A stretch of 57,617 nucleotides of DNA from Mizuhopecten yessoensis (GCF_002113885.1 NW_018404030.1:408699-466315); one strand, 5' to 3'. Positions 12,101 to 25,338 are shown, counted from the stretch's first letter. The notes: generated from the sequence alone by a model not told the origin. Translations and numbers: made by a program.

Positions 12101-15100
12101 TCGCATATACAAAAGACCCGTATTTATTAGGAAGTATGTAATAAAATGAATTATTATGTATCAAAACAACACATACAGTGTAATATCAACTTCATACAGT
12201 CTCTTGAAATGATATTAAGCATCCCGTCCCACTGCAAGCAAAACGTTGGAGACTTCCATTGTAGTTTTTCATACCAGTGTTTTTGTTACCTAAATTTTAC
12301 AACTTCTTGTTCCATTATGAACTGGGGAAAATATATGCTATAAGTATATTGAAATGGTGAATATGTTCCCCAGTTTTTGGTCATTTTGGGAATATATGTC
12401 ACTTTTTAGCTAGGGGAACAAGTCCGTATTTGGCAGTAAATCTGAGCAAAAACATATCACTGCATACATACATAGTAACCTCCACTTAGGTTACATCCAC
12501 GTATCCCGGTTGAAACGGTACAGGTGGCGTAGAAATATTCCACGATAAACGAACGCACTTGGACCGTTCTATAAGCAAAGCTAAAAATGCACAGTTTCGA
12601 AGAATATAAAACAATGTATCAAGAATAGTATGCCCTTCTTTCACGCGACCACTGGAATTTTCCTGAGGTCAGCCTCGGTTCAGATCTGTGCCTGTTGTTT
12701 TCTTTACTGGTTCAACCGTTTCAACCGGATACGCGAATGTACCCTAAATTTCATTTTGGATATAGCAGACAATACTGTAAATACACACATATGACTGCTG
12801 CTAGAATACTTACAAGACCTATATATGGGGCACAGGCACTAGCCTCGTCTGTCAATATACATATAATATAGTCCTGTGTATTGACAGACGAGACTACATG
12901 CCTATGAGGTGTAATCATTTGTACTTTAGTACTGCAGATGCAAAATATTTGACAAGAAGCAAAAAATAAAATACCTACAAAGTTTTATGACTTTTTGCTG
13001 AAATGAAAAAATAATATGACCGATGAATCCGTAATCTAAGATAAAGTATACGTACCAGGTACTGAAAAGGGTATTGGTCTCAAAATAGGGCAGCAGGAGT
13101 TATCTCCCTTTGTTCTAGCCTCTTTGGTGATTGAGCCATTTGAAAATGTAAACCTTCATAACAGCACAATAGTATAATAAATGCACAAAGATGTGAAAAA
13201 ACATATATGAAAGTAACAAAAACTCACCTGAGGTTCATAAAACAGTTTCATATCTCCCCAGGTGTTATGACGAGGGTTTTTGCGTACAATGAACTTCAAA
13301 GGGGGTTCTCGACGGTCAAAGTCGGCATCTTTCAGCAGATATTTGTTCTTAGCATCTGTCTTGGTAATGAGAGGATTGTCGTCTTCACTTTCTCTGTCAA
13401 CGAAAAAATAAAAACATTTTTAAACAGTAATAGAAAAAACTTACTGAAAGGGAAAAATTGCTTTCTCTTGTCCTAAATATTTCAGATTTATGTTTTAGAA
13501 TTTCTTTGAATAAATGAAAACGATGAAATTATGTATTATTATGAATTTTCAATACCTGTTACATTAAATTAAATTGTATTCAGTTTTTGAGACCTCATCA
13601 CCAGTATGTATATATCTGGTTTTACTAAAAATCATCATACATTATAATAAACAGCAAAATATTATTAAAATATATTAAAACAAAACATGTGTCAACTTTA
13701 AAAGATTCAAGCTTTATAAACCAACTGTAAAGGAAGCAAACTATTATGTTTTTCAACTCTTTTTTTCCTATTTTGATTATAAAAAAACTTTAAAAGTATT
13801 GAATAAATTTTACATATGCACTGTTTTCTTACAAATGTATTTCCTTTGGCTTTTGTGCTGACCTACAAAGTGGCCTGCCCCCACTTCAAAAGAGAAGGAA
13901 GCAGGACAGACTAGCGTAAGTGGTCAAGGGGCTGGTGCCAGCCATGCACTGTCAGGACTATTTAACACTAATCCGAGGGAAACGAACATCTGAGCCAAAC
14001 GGTTGACAGACTGTGTCGCAAAAACATCATAGAAGGCCAGGAAACCGACAACTCTAGGTGTTTTAAAACTACAAACTGTAACACACCTGTCTATAAAATC
14101 TCATTCTCAGCTGCCAGACAATGTTGTGCATGCAGAGTCACTCAAGGGTTTTATGTGCGACTAAGGGCCTCTAGCAATCTCTCTCCCATTGTGTTTATGC
14201 CTGAGAAGGCCCTACATTGTACAGATCCAGATATAACTGTTTGTAATATTGATAGGAAAACTTAAATAGGTGAAAGGCAGCTGGATAATTGGCTACAGCA
14301 TGCATGTGTAGTACATGTGTAACAGGAAGGAAAAAGGATAGAGAATATGAGCTTTGGTTGAGATTTGAACCAGCGACCTCTGACCCCCCAGACAGACTCC
14401 CTATTACTGAGATAAAGGGAATTTCCCTCAAGTCAAAGCTTGTAAGAAGATGTCAAGTGCTATGTACAATGCACATCATTTACACTACCAATACTCAACA
14501 ACTTTTTTTATCAATAAAACCCCCCACAACCCACGTTTATTACCTCATCACCAAGGGGTCCTTACTTCCTTAAATGGGAAGGGTCAATATGGCACCTATC
14601 TTTTACAGGAAGGAAATTAGATCAAAGCAGTATAAAAAAATAAGAACTTTTGCTTTGTATCTAGCCTGTGACCCTTACTCTTCAAGGGGATGCTCATTAC
14701 CACAGAGTTCAAGGGATGTTCCCTCTAGTCGAGACTAGTACAATTACTTTTACATTAAGAACAACGAACATCCTTTATACATGTACTTACTTGCATTTAT
14801 CACAGATGGACACGTCAAAGTTTGTGTGTAGGAATGAATCCATGAATTCCTTCTCACAGCCGTCACAGAGAAGGTTTTCTACGCCAATCACAGGACCTGT
14901 AAAAACACCATATTGGTTGTATTAATCGTTTGGGTAAATATAATAACACACGAAACTTCAGTACAGCTAGCAAACAGAGCTTAATACAATATATCTACAT
15001 TTCCACTGCAAGTTCCACTGTAAGCATTACCAGGAGAAACTGCATTCATAGAGCTATGAATGCAATTTGATCAGTGTCTTTTTGAAGCTTCTCCTCCTGC

Positions 15101-18100
15101 CTCAAATAACATGATAAACTTGTTAGAATCAATCATTTTGATGATGTTAGTTGTTCCAGGAATCTTGTTTGCACTGACAACACAGATAATAATAAACTTT
15201 ATTTATTGAGGATAAAATAGATGTTTAGCCAAAGGCTAATCTTCCACATGATACTTTAATATCGAAAAAATATAAGGGAGTATCTATATTTAGGTCAATA
15301 TTAACTAAATATAAGGATTGAAAAGCATTTTGTCACTGTTTATGCCAGAATTAACACAAATTGATTATATACATATTAACCATGAAGCCCGCTAGGAATA
15401 TGTATGTAATTGATTTGCGTTCACTCAGGATTGAAATTGAAAAAAAAATCCTTACTTATTTTACAACAATTATGAAACAAGTTATTTCAACTTATATTAA
15501 TCACTCTTGTTGGCCCGGATGTTAGCAAGTGGGGGGTCTTGAGGTGAGAGACAATCTTAGTTCCTGAGGAAAACCAACGTGGTTGGGCAGGTGACATCAT
15601 ACCATTTCCATCCGATTGGGGAATCGAACACAGGCCACCTTGGTGAAAGGCAAGTGTGGTGTCCACTGCGCCACCGCACCACCCAACAGTGCTTTATACA
15701 CGCGCTAACACCAATGTGGGAGTCACATTGATAGTGTTGTGTACATATCTACTAAATCTTGGGCAATTGAATTTAGTTAAGTTTAGTTTATTTTCCAATA
15801 CAGGATCTATATGATCCTCTCCACCAGACTCATTTTTTTTAATATATGTATGTATACACATGTACACATACATATGAAAGTTGGGTGTGGACCTCACATG
15901 TTTAACAAGTTATGTAAGTTCTGTAATTATATTGGGTAGGAATTTACCTGTGCATGTGATAACAAGCAGTGCAGGGTATGGTATTAAGAAACATGGAAAG
16001 AGTTTTTTTATAACTTAGTTGAAAATGCTCCAATCATCATGTAAAAATATTGTAGATGTGAACTTGAACATGACCTTATGCCCTTGACATACAACTGATC
16101 TCAAAAGACAGACCTCTTGGGATTGTATACAGAAAATCAAACATTCATATCAAATTATGATACTACTGGTTCTACATTATACAGACATGTATTAACTTAA
16201 AATCCTGTCAGAAATAAACAAGGGACATAATTTATCTGACCACATTTATTAATCCAATCTAATTTTATATCATAGCTGAACATGTTTTCCCTCTCAATTG
16301 TAAGAAAGTTTACTAGTAAAGATTAGTCTTTTAGGGATGAAAAGTGAAACATTTTTTTTATATAACAAGTGTGGTCTAGTTGAGAGCTTAATTTTGCTGA
16401 CCTCCATTCTGCACCTCTGAATATAACCCAGGTTTTAAGTGTGTTGCATAGCTATCTTTTACTAGAAGCAAATTACTGATATATATGTGCTAACAAAAAA
16501 TGTTAATACAAGTTTTTTCTTATAGTTTATCAATGTAAACATATATAAGTACCTAATTGATGCTTGACTTTAGCTCGAGTCTTTTGTTCCCCCTCCTCTT
16601 CCTCCTCCAGGAAGAATCCAGCACCAGTATCGATTATCTTGGCGGGTGCTTTTACTTTTTCTCTGTATAAAAGGCGAAAAAGGTTATTCCATGAATTTGT
16701 CAAGACCTTTTCTCAGCATCTAAATATTAAACAGGAAAATTGTGGTTTATACAAACATGTACAGTTCAAGGAGGATAAAGGTATCAATGTTTAATTTTTA
16801 TGCATATTTAACAGAACTAATGAAGAGAATGTTTACTTGTAGATAGTTAGTATCTGGGTATGTGATGTTAAATTCAGGTGTAGTAATGTACATGTCTGTA
16901 CATGCAATAATGAGCATTTTCACTTTCTAATCCAAATTGGTGATACACTAGTGATGGGCTGATGATCAATTATAATTAAAAATTGAACAGTTTTCCCTTT
17001 CTGATTCTGATAATCGATTACAAATTCCAAAATCGATATAATTGGTTCATTATTGAAATCAAAGTGTCAAATGTATACAATGAAAGTCATTTATTCCTAT
17101 GAATGTTACTATTTTACTGCATAAACATTGCTTGAAATCCATTCTGTCTATTGATGTAACAGTAGTGCTCTCACTTTATTTGGGTATTCAGTCCCATACA
17201 AAATTATAAACCAGTTATACAATGGATCATCAACTGGTTAACTATACCTCCAATTAGAACTGATTATAGATTATGATTTTAAAACGATTGCCCATCATTA
17301 TGATACACTGATTCAAACAAATGATCAGAATCACCAATCAAAACCAATGAGTAATATCATCTGTCCACAAAGGTGCTTATCACTTATTCAAATAGATGAT
17401 ATAATCACTTCAAATACCATCCATATCAGTAGCCAAAGAAGTAGCTGGACTTTCCTCTGGCTCTGACACCAGACTAAGACATTTTGACAGATTTTAAGAT
17501 GTCTGGTGTTGAGCCAGAGCGCACTACATTATGAAAATGTGGAACCCCCGACACCAAAAGTTTTGAGGTGCTGACAACAAAAATCTGCTATACTAAATAC
17601 ACATAATAAAATGTACCTCACATACATGTATATCGATAAACTTGTTATTTATTTAACCAAAACCGTTCTTATAATCAGAAATCACAGCTAGATTCCGTCC
17701 TTGATAATCAATTGTTCAAAATTTCCCACCTGTGTAACGCCATTTTGTAGATTATGAAAATTACACAGGAGTGATTAATCACCAAACTGTACTGATCAGG
17801 AATGTGTTTCTATTTAGAAGAATTCCGGACCACCTCTTTTTGTTAACATGTCAATATTGTGTATTTACCCTGATGATCCTGGCTTCTCTGTAGTGTATGG
17901 CCTCGTTGATAATCTTGTCTGTTTCAGCATCAAAGCTCTCTGACGATTTCTTTCAATGCGGGCACGCTGCGAGTCTGATAATTTCTGGACACTTTCTTCT
18001 GCTACAATGATGACATCAACTCGTTAATCAATGACTTCCCCTTCAAATCACATCTGGATATTCAAGTATAGGCCTATATATGTGTAACAGGAAATTGAAT

Positions 18101-20468
18101 AGTGTGCTTCCTCCGGGGATCGAACCCTCAATCTCCAGGTTCATAGTCGAACGCTCTACCCCGGAATAAACGGAAATTCCCTCTAGCTCGAAGCTAGAAG
18201 CTTAAGCCAACCTTAATCCTATACAGTGTACATGTATGTACAATTAAAACCTGCCACAATACTCCCCCCTTTTTAAATATGTTCGCCCTCGAACACCACC
18301 AGGCGCATAGCTAGCCCCTTTACCATGTGTAAGCCTGACATGGGGTTGTCGAAGGCAGCCCCCCCCCGAAGCGCGAGCAGGGGGAGGGTACGGGAGGGGG
18401 TGTTCCCCCTCCCTTTAAGTGGGGTCTGGGGGGTCTCCCCCATTCCCCCATGAACATTTTGTTTTCTAGAACGTCTCAGGAGCCATTTCACACGTCCTGA
18501 TGTATGTTTTCTCGTTTTAATCCGCAAGAAAAAAGTCCTATTTTTTGTATATATATATACCTATTTATGTGGATCCAGTGTAATTCAGAAGATTAACCGT
18601 CGGTATTGCTTTGTACACCCTCCATACATACATTGTCTGGTTTTTACCTAATCTTGATAAATGCATTTGATACTTCTGCATTAGTGAACATGCAATTGGG
18701 TTTGTCTTTCTCAGAATCTGATCCGAGTTAATTGTGAAGTGAGGTTACCCCCACTGTCACCTTTACTCAGTCTCCCACACAGTTTCGTCTTCTGTTTGTG
18801 CTTTGTGACTGGTTCCTTATACTTGCTCCTGTTATTGGACATGGAAGTCGAGAAGCGAGTTTGCCCCCACTATCATCGTCATGCCCAGCTTTGCAGTCTC
18901 CTACACCGTTTCGTCTTCTGGTTTCATAAACATTTTGTGGACATGGAAGAAAATTAAAGTTTAGTTTTATATACGTCCAATATAGAAGGTATTATTATGC
19001 GCAATCTGACAAAGTAAAATAATACAAAGCACCGTGATTTTTAAAAATTCTTTTGTGTTGTAATTTGGCAGGCTCCAGAAGACAGTTTTCGTCATTTATT
19101 TAGATTCCAAAGTGTCCTTTCCTACGTTTGGCAGCAAGGAACTCCTCTATCGCAGCATCAATGTCAATTGGCATATCTCGGTGAATATGGAGAATTGACA
19201 ATGACGAAAGACGCTCCGGTTTAATGGTGTTTGGAATGTTCCATCTCACAGTCCATCGCGAACTGAATGAATGCTCTGCTGACAATGTGGAGACTGGCAT
19301 GGTTACAAGTATTGCAACCATCGTCCAGACACAAGGGTACATACAGCTCGCGGTTAGTTAGTGGAAGCGTTTCCTGCAAAGAAGCAGGTTTAATGGTGTT
19401 TGGAATGTTCCATCTCACAGTCCATCGCCTAATCTCCTCTTCAAATATCTCATGACCCTGAAGATGGAGTTGTTTGCGCCGGGCGTGAGTTTCTCAATTT
19501 ACTCAATCGAGCAGTTTAGTTCCGCCTGGAACTGTCCATTAATGCAATGGACATTTCTAAACTTTATACATTTTTGTACTAACTATTAACAATGTATCAT
19601 AAATGAGGAATTATATATGTATACTATATATTCAAAACTTAAACTCCATTTTATAGTATCAGCAAGAAAGAAAAAAAACGTCATGAAAACCTATACTTGT
19701 CAAAATTATGTGCAAGCCCGGGCTTATTGGCTTACATGGTAGCTACGAGCCTGACCACAACCCAGGTTCTAACTCCCTGTCACCACAGGGAGGGCCATAT
19801 TCACCATTTGTAACACTCGAAAGAGAATAGTGTGCTTCTACAGGGTATCGAACCCTCAATCTCTGTACATTTAAATCTGCCAGATATGAAAGATTTCCAT
19901 TACTCCTACACACAATGGTCTTGTATACTGCATGTTTTCTTTATGGTACAAAACATGCTCGAAAAATGCACCTGTACCCCGTGCAGAATTATCCATCGCC
20001 TGGATGTTTACCTAAAGAATCAGATGAATTGCAAATTTGTTAACCTAAGAGAAGTATGCTGTCATGAAAAAATTGCAAAAATGAAAATTAACAAAACACC
20101 AATAATTGTACATACAATGTATAGAAATATAGCCTCCAGCACTCGTTTCTGATTTTCTTCAGTATTTCATGGAGATTCAGTCACTACCAGAGGAAATTCG
20201 GGCTACATACAAACACCTCCATGTATTTACACTTTTACACCTTTTGATTTATGTCTACTAGGATAAACTATCGATCTTGAACAATTGCTGCATATGGCTC
20301 CTGAAAATTACATAATTTTGTACGTTTACGCTATGTAGGTTGGTTTGTTGCATTACAATAATTCTTTCGTTGATGCATTTTAAATATTTGTATTGATCGT
20401 TGTTAAATAGTTACAGAAATACACGAGTAAGCCTCACCATCGCCGTGATCTACCGGTTGTTCGTCCAT
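9130..20468 (-). CDS. XPA: DNA repair protein XPA (nucleotide excision repair), 7 coding exons, 271 aa
   Basis: Exons 20468-20438, 18001-17869, 16662-16553, 14896-14791, 13393-13228, 9756-9639 and 9281-9130 total 816 nt, all GT-AG and phase-compatible. Motifs: [15 protein letters not shown]; [16 protein letters not shown] (ERCC1-binding segment); C4 zinc finger CDGC...CDKC; [43 protein letters not shown]; C-terminal [13 protein letters not shown]. Confidence 0.98.
9860..10092 (-). mobile_element. tRNA-derived V-SINE-like element
   Basis: Minus strand reads GGTCGGGTGGTGCAGTGGATAGCGCAC (A box), then GGTTTAATTCCCCG (B box), then GTGGGTTTTCTCAGGGTATTCCAGTTTCCTCCCACA (V-domain-like), then an A-rich tail. 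Three copies occur in the window. Confidence 0.85.
10097..10442 (+). mobile_element. tRNA-derived SINE with CORE-like domain and (ATT)n tail
   Basis: B-box-like GGTTTGAGTC, a CORE-like stretch TTGAGCAAGATACTTTACTC and an (ATT)n end. A second copy lies at 48288-48600. Confidence 0.8.
10488..11790. mobile_element. Foldback MITE (CACAGGGGCATGGAT termini, 8-bp TSD CATTAAAT) interrupted by a Helentron-type element
   Basis: Inverted arms of ~35 bp plus an inner palindrome at 10525-10578. The TSD lies at 10480-10487 and 11791-11798. Confidence 0.88.
10577..11757 (+). mobile_element. Non-autonomous Helentron (HINE/DINE-1/pearl-like) with ~420-bp internal tandem repeats
   Basis: 5' subTIR TTTTAGCTCACCTG with an adjacent inverted repeat, a (CGTC)n microsatellite and ~2.3 copies of a 421-426 bp unit. 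The 3' end has CAGGTGAGCT, a GGCCC-GGGCC hairpin and TCTTGTT. Inserted in a T run. Confidence 0.9.
12488..12747. mobile_element. MITE with ~30-bp TIRs (PIF/Harbinger-like)
   Basis: AGGTTACATCCACGTATCCCGGTTGAAACGGT at the left and ACCGTTTCAACCGGATACGCGAATGTACCCT at the right, with TTA/TAA flanks. A partial copy lies at 56713-56876. Confidence 0.75.
14318..14620 (-). mobile_element. Degenerate tRNA-LTR TRIM (Helenus-like) in XPA intron 4
   Basis: The LTR ends TGTTACA and contains B-box-like GGTTCAAATC. It shares the GGAA(A/T)TTCCCTC and CACAACCCA motifs with the 18083 element; a remnant second LTR begins at ~14605. Confidence 0.6.
15458..15685 (-). mobile_element. V-SINE-like element, third copy
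   Basis: Collinear with 9860-10092. Confidence 0.83.
16949..17300. mobile_element. hAT-type MITE with 8-bp TSD TGATACAC
   Basis: TAGTGATGGGC ... GCCCATCATTA; perfect TSD at 16941-16948 and 17301-17308. Confidence 0.88.
18083..19865 (-). mobile_element. tRNA-LTR TRIM (Helenus-like), split by a hAT insertion, in XPA intron 1
   Basis: Minus strand, in order: truncated LTR ending TGTTACA (19809), PBS-like TGGTGAAT, a short internal region, PPT AAAAAGGGGGGAG, then LTR 18258-18083 (TG...CA) containing GGTAGAGCG and GGTTCGATCCC. Confidence 0.78.
18300..19753 (-). mobile_element. hAT deletion derivative retaining the C-terminal dimerisation domain; 5-bp TSD (hAT5-like)
   Basis: TIRs CAGGCGCATAGCTA and TAGCTACGAGCCTG, flanked by ACCAC on both sides. 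ORF 19100-19342 encodes the hATC-type sequence [14 protein letters not shown]...[26 protein letters not shown]. Confidence 0.88.
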
Positions 20469-20972
20469 CGCTCTGAAATCTTCTGTGTTGATTGCATGCA
20501 CACACTGAAACGAAAGTAGACGAAGAGCTATGACGCAAGGGACATAACTCAAACGGACTACACCGTATGGTAGTACACCACTATTTAGTTGGGTTGGACC
20601 ATCTCGAATAAATGTACATTGATATTTATTTATTTGTATCAATTTTCATATAAAAAACCCGACAAATATTAAAAGTTGCCTGTTTCATATAAACAAGCAT
20701 TACAGGTACAGTATGCTGTAGTAAATTGGTGACAGGCATAATTTAATTGGAATTGTTTTTAAAAAATAGTTACTGTCCGAAAAAATTGAGTCGTAATTGA
20801 GATGCAATCTATACTCATGATGTTATATTTGTCACATGGGCACATGTTAAGGGAGTTTGCCCATGAATGACTTCTTATCGAGGAAAACATTCCCTAAAAT
20901 CACAACACCCGTATTTAAAAGTAAAATTCGTAAAGCAGTTTGAAAAATAAAATGAATAAAACGTAACTCCTG

Positions 20973-21126
20973 CTCATTATTAAAACCCTCCCGTTCATTA
21001 TTAAAACCCTCCCACTCATTATTAAAACCCTCCCACTCATTTTTTAAACCCTCCCACTCATTATTTAAACCCTCCCACTCATTATTAAAACCCTCCCATT
21101 CATTATTAAAACCCTCCCACCCATTA
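20973..21126. repeat. 21-bp tandem repeat (CTCATTATTAAAACCCTCCCA), about 7 units
   Basis: Directly visible; ~0.5 kb upstream of the XPA start codon. Confidence 0.95.
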
Positions 21127-22642
21127 TGACAAGTACATGTATTGCAGGCAATACAACCTTAATATGACACGGATATTAAACGTGGGTTAATGTGAAACTA
21201 CATTACGCGTGTAGGATTTTTTTCGGACCAGCTGCATCTTCAATTTGCCTAAGAACGTGAAGGTTACGATCACACATTTTCTTTCAAATAAATCTATACC
21301 TGCACCAGTTACAAACGATCTCATTAAAACAAATCACTGGTGTATATGACAGACATTCTGCCAAGATTCTTAACCTTTTGCAAATCTAGTGTTTTCTGTA
21401 TTTCAAAGGATCTCCTGACAGGTTGAAACAGACCGGGTTTACATTTTTGTATCCATATTCATTAAAAAATCTTCTGAATAAGGGAAAAAATAGACTACAT
21501 AGTTATCTATGCTACACTATATATAAAGTTTTTGAGAGGATCTTGTATGTTCAACTCTGTACTGTCTTATACACATTCTAATCCTTTTTAGGAAGGACTT
21601 TCGGTGCTGTACAGATTATTCTGCATGCAGCGACTACTGAAAGCTCTAGCAACAACAGATGTGTTAGGGCCGTCCTAGACTGACTCATTGACTGTAGGTG
21701 AATAAACTGTGGCCACACGGTCCAGACAGTCCATCATAACAAATGGACCTTGTTTACAGTAATGTCAGTAAAAGTCTCCAGAGGAATTATTTCGGGCCAA
21801 AGCCAGTGACATACAGTGGCCCTTTAAAGGAGTACCTCAGGGATCCGTATTTAAAAAATGTAATGTGTATAATGATAATGACGATAACACCATTTCTCAC
21901 GTGTAAATGTGTGATCCTGTAAGCTTATCCAACGCTCTGGAAAAAGAGACTCAAATCCTGATTTACTTGTTGATATAAACAAGAGCTTCTAAGCCCGATC
22001 GTTTTTTTTATTTATTTATTTTTTATAATCAGTACGATTAATAATAATAATAAAAAAAAAAAGATAAAAGATCGGGCCTAGAAGCTACGGTTCCCGCAGC
22101 TAGTTATCCATGGCACATTTTAGGCATTGTATGTCGGCAATAAATCGTTTTAAACAATTCTTTCATTCAAATTTGTTCGATTGGTGATGTCACACTAAAC
22201 CCAAACAAACTCATTTCAGATGGAAACAAGAACCGCGATTGTGTCGCTTAAACATGTGTACACCATCATAACCCTGGCTGTCGCTCAACACTACAAGTAA
22301 TGTTAACAATTTGTAAATAGTAACCAATGAGAAAGCAATTACGCGAGGTCTTGCATAAAAATGATCAAGAAAGAAAAAGGATATATTGTATTTTATATAC
22401 ATGTGTAATTGCAATCCCCGGGAGCATCGCCTTCTTTAAACAAGAAAAATACTCACTCAAAAGAATCACACTGATCGGATTGAAAAGAGAGAGAAACTAC
22501 TGCACCATACAGGGAACTGCAGAGGCATTATTGTCGGATGATCCTAATATACACCCATTCCTCCATACTACCCGCAGATAACACTTTTTCATTGGAATTT
22601 TGCTTGTGGTAAAAGCTCCGTCTCCAGTCCTATGAGGCATTG

Positions 22643-23001
22643 TATCCTCGATACTTCAGGAGATACGCTCTCTGCCGCTCTCTTCACCCCTGGAATATGT
22701 CATAGGAAAATTAATGGCACGCGGCTAGCTATTTGATTGGTCTCGGATAAAAAAAAAGCCCTGACCAATCGCTAGGCTGGTACATGTGTTTTGAAGATTA
22801 TATGTATAAAGGAGCAACACCCGACTTCAAAGCTAGTCAATTTTAGCGTCACGTGATCGAGATGTTGTTTCAATGTACATAAACAAACGAGTCTTCCTGT
22901 ATCATCCAAAGGTGGTGCACGCTGACACCACGATTCTTTTCACAATATAACCAAGGGATGCAGAGAGCGAAAGTGAGGTCACCCATGGGATACCGACGAT
23001 G
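22643..23001. mobile_element. MITE, CATCCTCG family (opposite orientation)
   Basis: Same TIRs; the internal sequence is the reverse complement of that in 6790-7132. Confidence 0.82.
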
Positions 23002-23179
23002 CAGTCATGGGTACTTGTTATGTAATTGTTGCGATGTAAGTACATGCGATACATTACTATCATTAGTCGTTATCTATTTCATTTAAATCACAATTTGTGT
23101 GTACCTATTATTGTATCAGTTCATTCGAAGGATGCTGAAGGGGTACTAAAATATCTTCAATATGCAATTCATTTTGCAG

Positions 23180-23455
23180 GATAACACCACATCATGGCAA
23201 CGGTTGGAGGTGGGGATGGTAGCAGGCTGTAGAATAGCAGCTATCTTGTATTAACAGCAGCGAACTTGATAGTGAAATCAGTCTAGCATATGGCATAAGG
23301 CAACCACCAACAAAAGCCTTCAGGGAAGACATGACAGTAGCTACACAGACATTTGTGTAGGCAACTTGACTTTGCAAAAGTTTGAAACAGTCATTACAAT
23401 GGCACGCATGGGATTCAAGCCAACGAAATCGAGGTGCCTGGTACCTGCATACATC
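23180..23455 (+). mobile_element. Decayed non-LTR RT fragment (HERO/R2-group-like)
   Basis: Frameshifted translation TTSWQRLEVGMVAGC...AANLIVKS...RQPPTKAFREDMTV...WARMGFKPTKSRCLV matches the motif pattern WQRLE-G---GC / PP--AFMDD / WARM-FKP-KSR. Confidence 0.75.
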
Positions 23456-24325
23456 ATTTTGATGCATGGAGGTTTGAAAAAATGACGAACACCTGTGCGT
23501 GACGTTTACTTGTTGTTTGTGAAATGTATATCATGAAGCAGCTTTATTTATCTTCAATTTCTTTATTTTGAAATATATTTTTTGAAAGATTTTGAATGAG
23601 ACATCAGTATTTTTGTGTAAATTAGCTGATAGAAAATCACATTAAACCCCAGATCTAAACCTGGTATCATCTGCTTTACATTTGTCATCGATAACAACGC
23701 TGATTAAGACATCTATGTAATTAATCATTAATTCATATGACAAATCTTCAAAAAAAAACCGATCCTGATGCTTGATTGATATTTAAATCGTAGCATAATA
23801 TCACAAAATAAACATATCTTAAAACAACCATGTTATTTTTTTTAATGGGAAATTAATGAGATATCCTAATACGATTATATATAGGATTTTCGTGTTTTAC
23901 ATGCGAGACCCGGAGATATTCTGAAATGTCCGTTGGTTATTAAACAAAAAATAACAGGATCACAACCATCTTGTACATTATTTGTATTTATGTGTATGGT
24001 GAGGTTAACATAATGCAATAACTGTAAGCCCTTGGGCGGTTATTGTACACCGTACATGTTTCGTACACCAGAGTTTGAAATGCAATCCATGTAACGACAA
24101 GAGTGACACTCCGAACAAGGTAAGATATATGAAACAATGACGACCCCTGACCTTCTGTTGAAGATGTTTCAACTACCCACACCCTGGGACCCCACACGAT
24201 ATCATTTCCACGTTTCAAGAAATGGGCGATCCAATAGTATAGGGAACTCAAAACGACACCATTTCTTTACCGCCATTATCGCCAAATTTTTAAATTAAAA
24301 CAAAGATATGGCATACTCGTCGGGA

Positions 24326-24388
24326 ATATAAATATTAAATATAAATATAAATATTAAATATAAATATTAAATATAAATATTAAATATT
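24326..24388. repeat. AT-only short tandem repeat (13-bp ATATAAATATTAA)
   Basis: Directly visible. Confidence 0.85.
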
Positions 24389-25242
24389 AGTTTTTGAGGT
24401 ATTGGTTCTAATTACACCGTAATGTATTTTGGTTAGTTATTGAACGTCTTATTGGTAATAAACACACTCACCTGTTTCCATTGGTTGATATGAAGAACAT
24501 CAACATTGTTGATGTGAATGACAAATTTATGAATTATGTTAATTTACTAGGTTTTTTCCTCACCTTATGTAGTTACTTCAACTTGTAATCGTGTCCTGCG
24601 TTTAATTCAACAAAAAATAGTTGACCAAGTTCAGTAATATGGATAAAGAAATTGCATTTTGTAGGCGCTTGTTCGTGAAGTTGATAATTATAAATTGAAG
24701 AATTTGTACCCACGCCATCCATGCCTTTAATAAGAAATAGTTCATGTTTGTACAAAGAACATCATTTAATTTCATATTCATCCTCGTTTCACTTTTTGGT
24801 GGATGTGCTTTAAATATGATTATCGTTTTGTTTGCATTGATTGGCAATTAAGTCAGAAGTTTTAAAATTGAAATTATTATTGAAACATAAATCATAGATA
24901 GAATTAAAGAAAAAACAATAAACACAAATCGTAAACAAACCAGAAACCATCATGAGACTACAAGTAAAATTATCTGTTTACAGACAAAACGTCAGCGAAC
25001 ATTTAACATAAAGAAAAAAACAGTTGTACTACAGTGCTTCTTAATGTACCAACGAAAATTGATTGGCATGCACCTTTTCATAGAAGTCAATGTTCAGTCG
25101 GGAAAAGACTTCACATTAAGAAAGTTCCACTGAGTGAGTGAATGAGCTTATACAACGGGGACTATATCACAAGTTCCCTCCAGCAGAGGCAGTCCTCAGC
25201 TGTGGACTTATCGGTCGGTGATCATATTCTAATCATTATTAC

Positions 25243-25338
25243 TATAAACGTATGGTGTAATGATATACTCCACAATGGCGTCTGTTTGATTAGAAATTAG
25301 AGAAGAATTGGCCTCCATCGAACTGTTGGACAAGAAAG
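25243..25338 (+). promoter_or_regulatory. Candidate TATA box and non-coding first exon of the SRCR gene
   Basis: TATAAA at 25243, a strong donor AAG|GTAAGT at 25338, an acceptor TTTATTCAAG at 25770 and GCCACCATG at 25832. Confidence 0.5.

Noticed and set aside
15139-15177. Possible C/D snoRNA in an XPA intron (TGATGA...CTGA)
   Set aside because: The boxes are too close together and there is no convincing terminal stem.
25095-25180. kB-like and AP-1-like motifs upstream of the SRCR gene
   Set aside because: The matches are partial and expected by chance.
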